This document shows, piece after piece, positions 25,234 through 26,509 of a stretch of DNA of 26,509 nucleotides. Each line of letters opens with the position of its first letter. The first letter of the stretch is position 1. The position numbers were made by a program, and so were the translations under genes. Source of the stretch: Candidatus Omnitrophota bacterium (GTDB lineage: Bacteria; Omnitrophota; Omnitrophia; Omnitrophales; Aquincolibacteriaceae). Below the pieces are notes generated by a model. That model made no database searches. It saw nothing but the letters and a program-made list of their open reading frames with translations, and was not told the origin of the DNA. The stretch lies in NCBI GenBank assembly GCA_023246985.1, contig JAHFHJ010000001.1:18514-45022 (forward strand), in the 5' to 3' direction.

Positions 25234-26509
25234 ATTTAATGAATGTAATATTGATATCTTCGCGATGCGCGGCAGGCTCGGAATAGACCGCGATGCGGCT
25301 GCCGGTGCTTTTCTCAAGATACCGAAGTGCTTTCTTTTCCTGCAGGAGCAACCGCTCCGCGACCTCCGGATGTACATACGCGTTCACGATACGGTCCCGG
25401 GAATCCTTCAGGGATTTACGCAATTCCCGAATGACCTGGATCGACATCGTCGCGGTCGATTTGATATTGCCCTTCCCTTCGCAGTAGGGACAGGTGTCAT
25501 AAACGGCGCTTTCAAGCGACGGGCGCATTCTTTGGCGCGTCATCTGGATCAACCCGAGTTCCGAGACCTGCACCAAATGGGTCTTGGCGCGGTCTTTGCT
25601 CACCGCTTCCTTGAAGCTATTGAAGAGATTGCGCCGGTGCTGGCCCTGTTCCATGTCGATGAAATCGATCACAATGATTCCGCCGATATCGCGGAGCCGG
25701 AGCTGGCGCGCGATCTCCTGCGCGGCCTCCATATTATTCCTGTACACCGTCTCTTCAAGCCCTTTATTATTCCCGGTGAACTTCCCGGTGTTGACGTCGA
25801 TCGCCACCAACCCCTCGGTCTGTTCGATCACAATGTAACCGCCCGACTTCAGATGAACATTCTTCTGGAACGTTCGCGCGATCTCTTTTTCGATCCCGTG
25901 GCGTTCAAAGAGACTTCCTTTTTCCCTCGCGAACTCGATTTGCATGTCTTGGCCCGGCATATAGACCGCGGTGAACCGCTTGAGCTTCTTGAAGATCTCG
26001 GGGTGATCCACGATGATCTTGGTGGTTTCCTCGTTCACATGATCGCGGATCACGCGCTCCACCAACCCCAGTTCCTGATGGATCATGACCGGCGCTTTCT
26101 TAGCAGAGATCATCCCGTGAATCTTTTTCCACAGCCGGATCAAATAGCGGATATCGCGGGTGAAGGCCTCGTCGCTTTTTCCTTCGGCGTTTGTCCGCAC
26201 GATGAACCCGACCCCTTTCGGGATCTCAAGATTTCGGAAAATGCCGCGGATGCGATCGCGTTCAGCGCGGCTCTCCACGCGGCGGGAAATGCCGATCTTC
26301 GATTCGCCGGGCATCATGACAAGATAACGCGCCGGGATCGAAAATTGCGTCGTGAGGCGCGGCCCCTTGTTTCCGAGCGGCTCTTTGACGACCTGGACGA
26401 TGACCTTCTGCCCAATCTTCAGAACCTCTTCGATCCTCGGCCGGCGCTGTGGCGGATGATGCGGATTCCGCCCGCCGTGGCGTTCTCCCTGCTGATGCCT
26501 TCCGCGACC
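25232..26509 (-). CDS. rng: Rne/Rng family ribonuclease (RNase G/E catalytic domain), 5'-truncated by window edge
   Basis: Frame open from 26509: VQVVKEPLGNKGPRLTT (S1), FIVRTNA, LKSGGYIVIEQTEGLVAIDVNTG, EIARQLRLRDIGGIIVIDFIDM, LGLIQMTRQR, CPYCEGKG Zn-link; no long C-terminal scaffold. Confidence 0.93.
   Translation of the reverse strand, partial: GRGRHQQGERHGGRNPHHPPQRRPRIEEVLKIGQKVIVQVVKEPLGNKGPRLTTQFSIPARYLVMMPGESKIGISRRVESRAERDRIRGIFRNLEIPKGVGFIVRTNAEGKSDEAFTRDIRYLIRLWKKIHGMISAKKAPVMIHQELGLVERVIRDHVNEETTKIIVDHPEIFKKLKRFTAVYMPGQDMQIEFAREKGSLFERHGIEKEIARTFQKNVHLKSGGYIVIEQTEGLVAIDVNTGKFTGNNKGLEETVYRNNMEAAQEIARQLRLRDIGGIIVIDFIDMEQGQHRRNLFNSFKEAVSKDRAKTHLVQVSELGLIQMTRQRMRPSLESAVYDTCPYCEGKGNIKSTATMSIQVIRELRKSLKDSRDRIVNAYVHPEVAERLLLQEKKALRYLEKSTGSRIAVYSEPAAHREDINITFIK

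Overview
Chromosomal window of a moderately GC-rich bacterium; DnaK carries the diderm-type N-terminal insert, and a PVC/Omnitrophota-like origin is my inference only. The left 17.6 kb is all on the + strand: the end of a VanY-like carboxypeptidase, then a tightly coupled hisI-trpE-trpG-trpD-trpC-trpF operon (no trpB/trpA) running straight into a cytoplasmic histidine kinase and a sigma54 activator. It continues with a stand-alone dnaK preceded by a candidate sigma54 promoter, a MoxR/DUF58/Bat (vWA-TPR) cluster and yqeY. The right 8.6 kb is all on the - strand: RNase E/G (partial), rmuC, an EF-Tu-domain-II-like protein with a histone-like tail, a Zn-ribbon protein, CCA-adding enzyme, a lipoprotein, an SNase-like protein, AsmA, a GcvR-like ACT protein and def. 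A 28-bp XerCD dif-like site lies in the gap where the two blocks converge (17677-17704), so the window probably contains the chromosome dimer-resolution/terminus locus. Other non-coding signals are three sequence-unrelated intergenic hairpins built from 7-nt periodic units and a 33-bp direct repeat with a partial inverted copy between the two repeats. No rRNA, tRNA, CRISPR-cas genes or transposase were recognised. All calls are by eye, without database searches.
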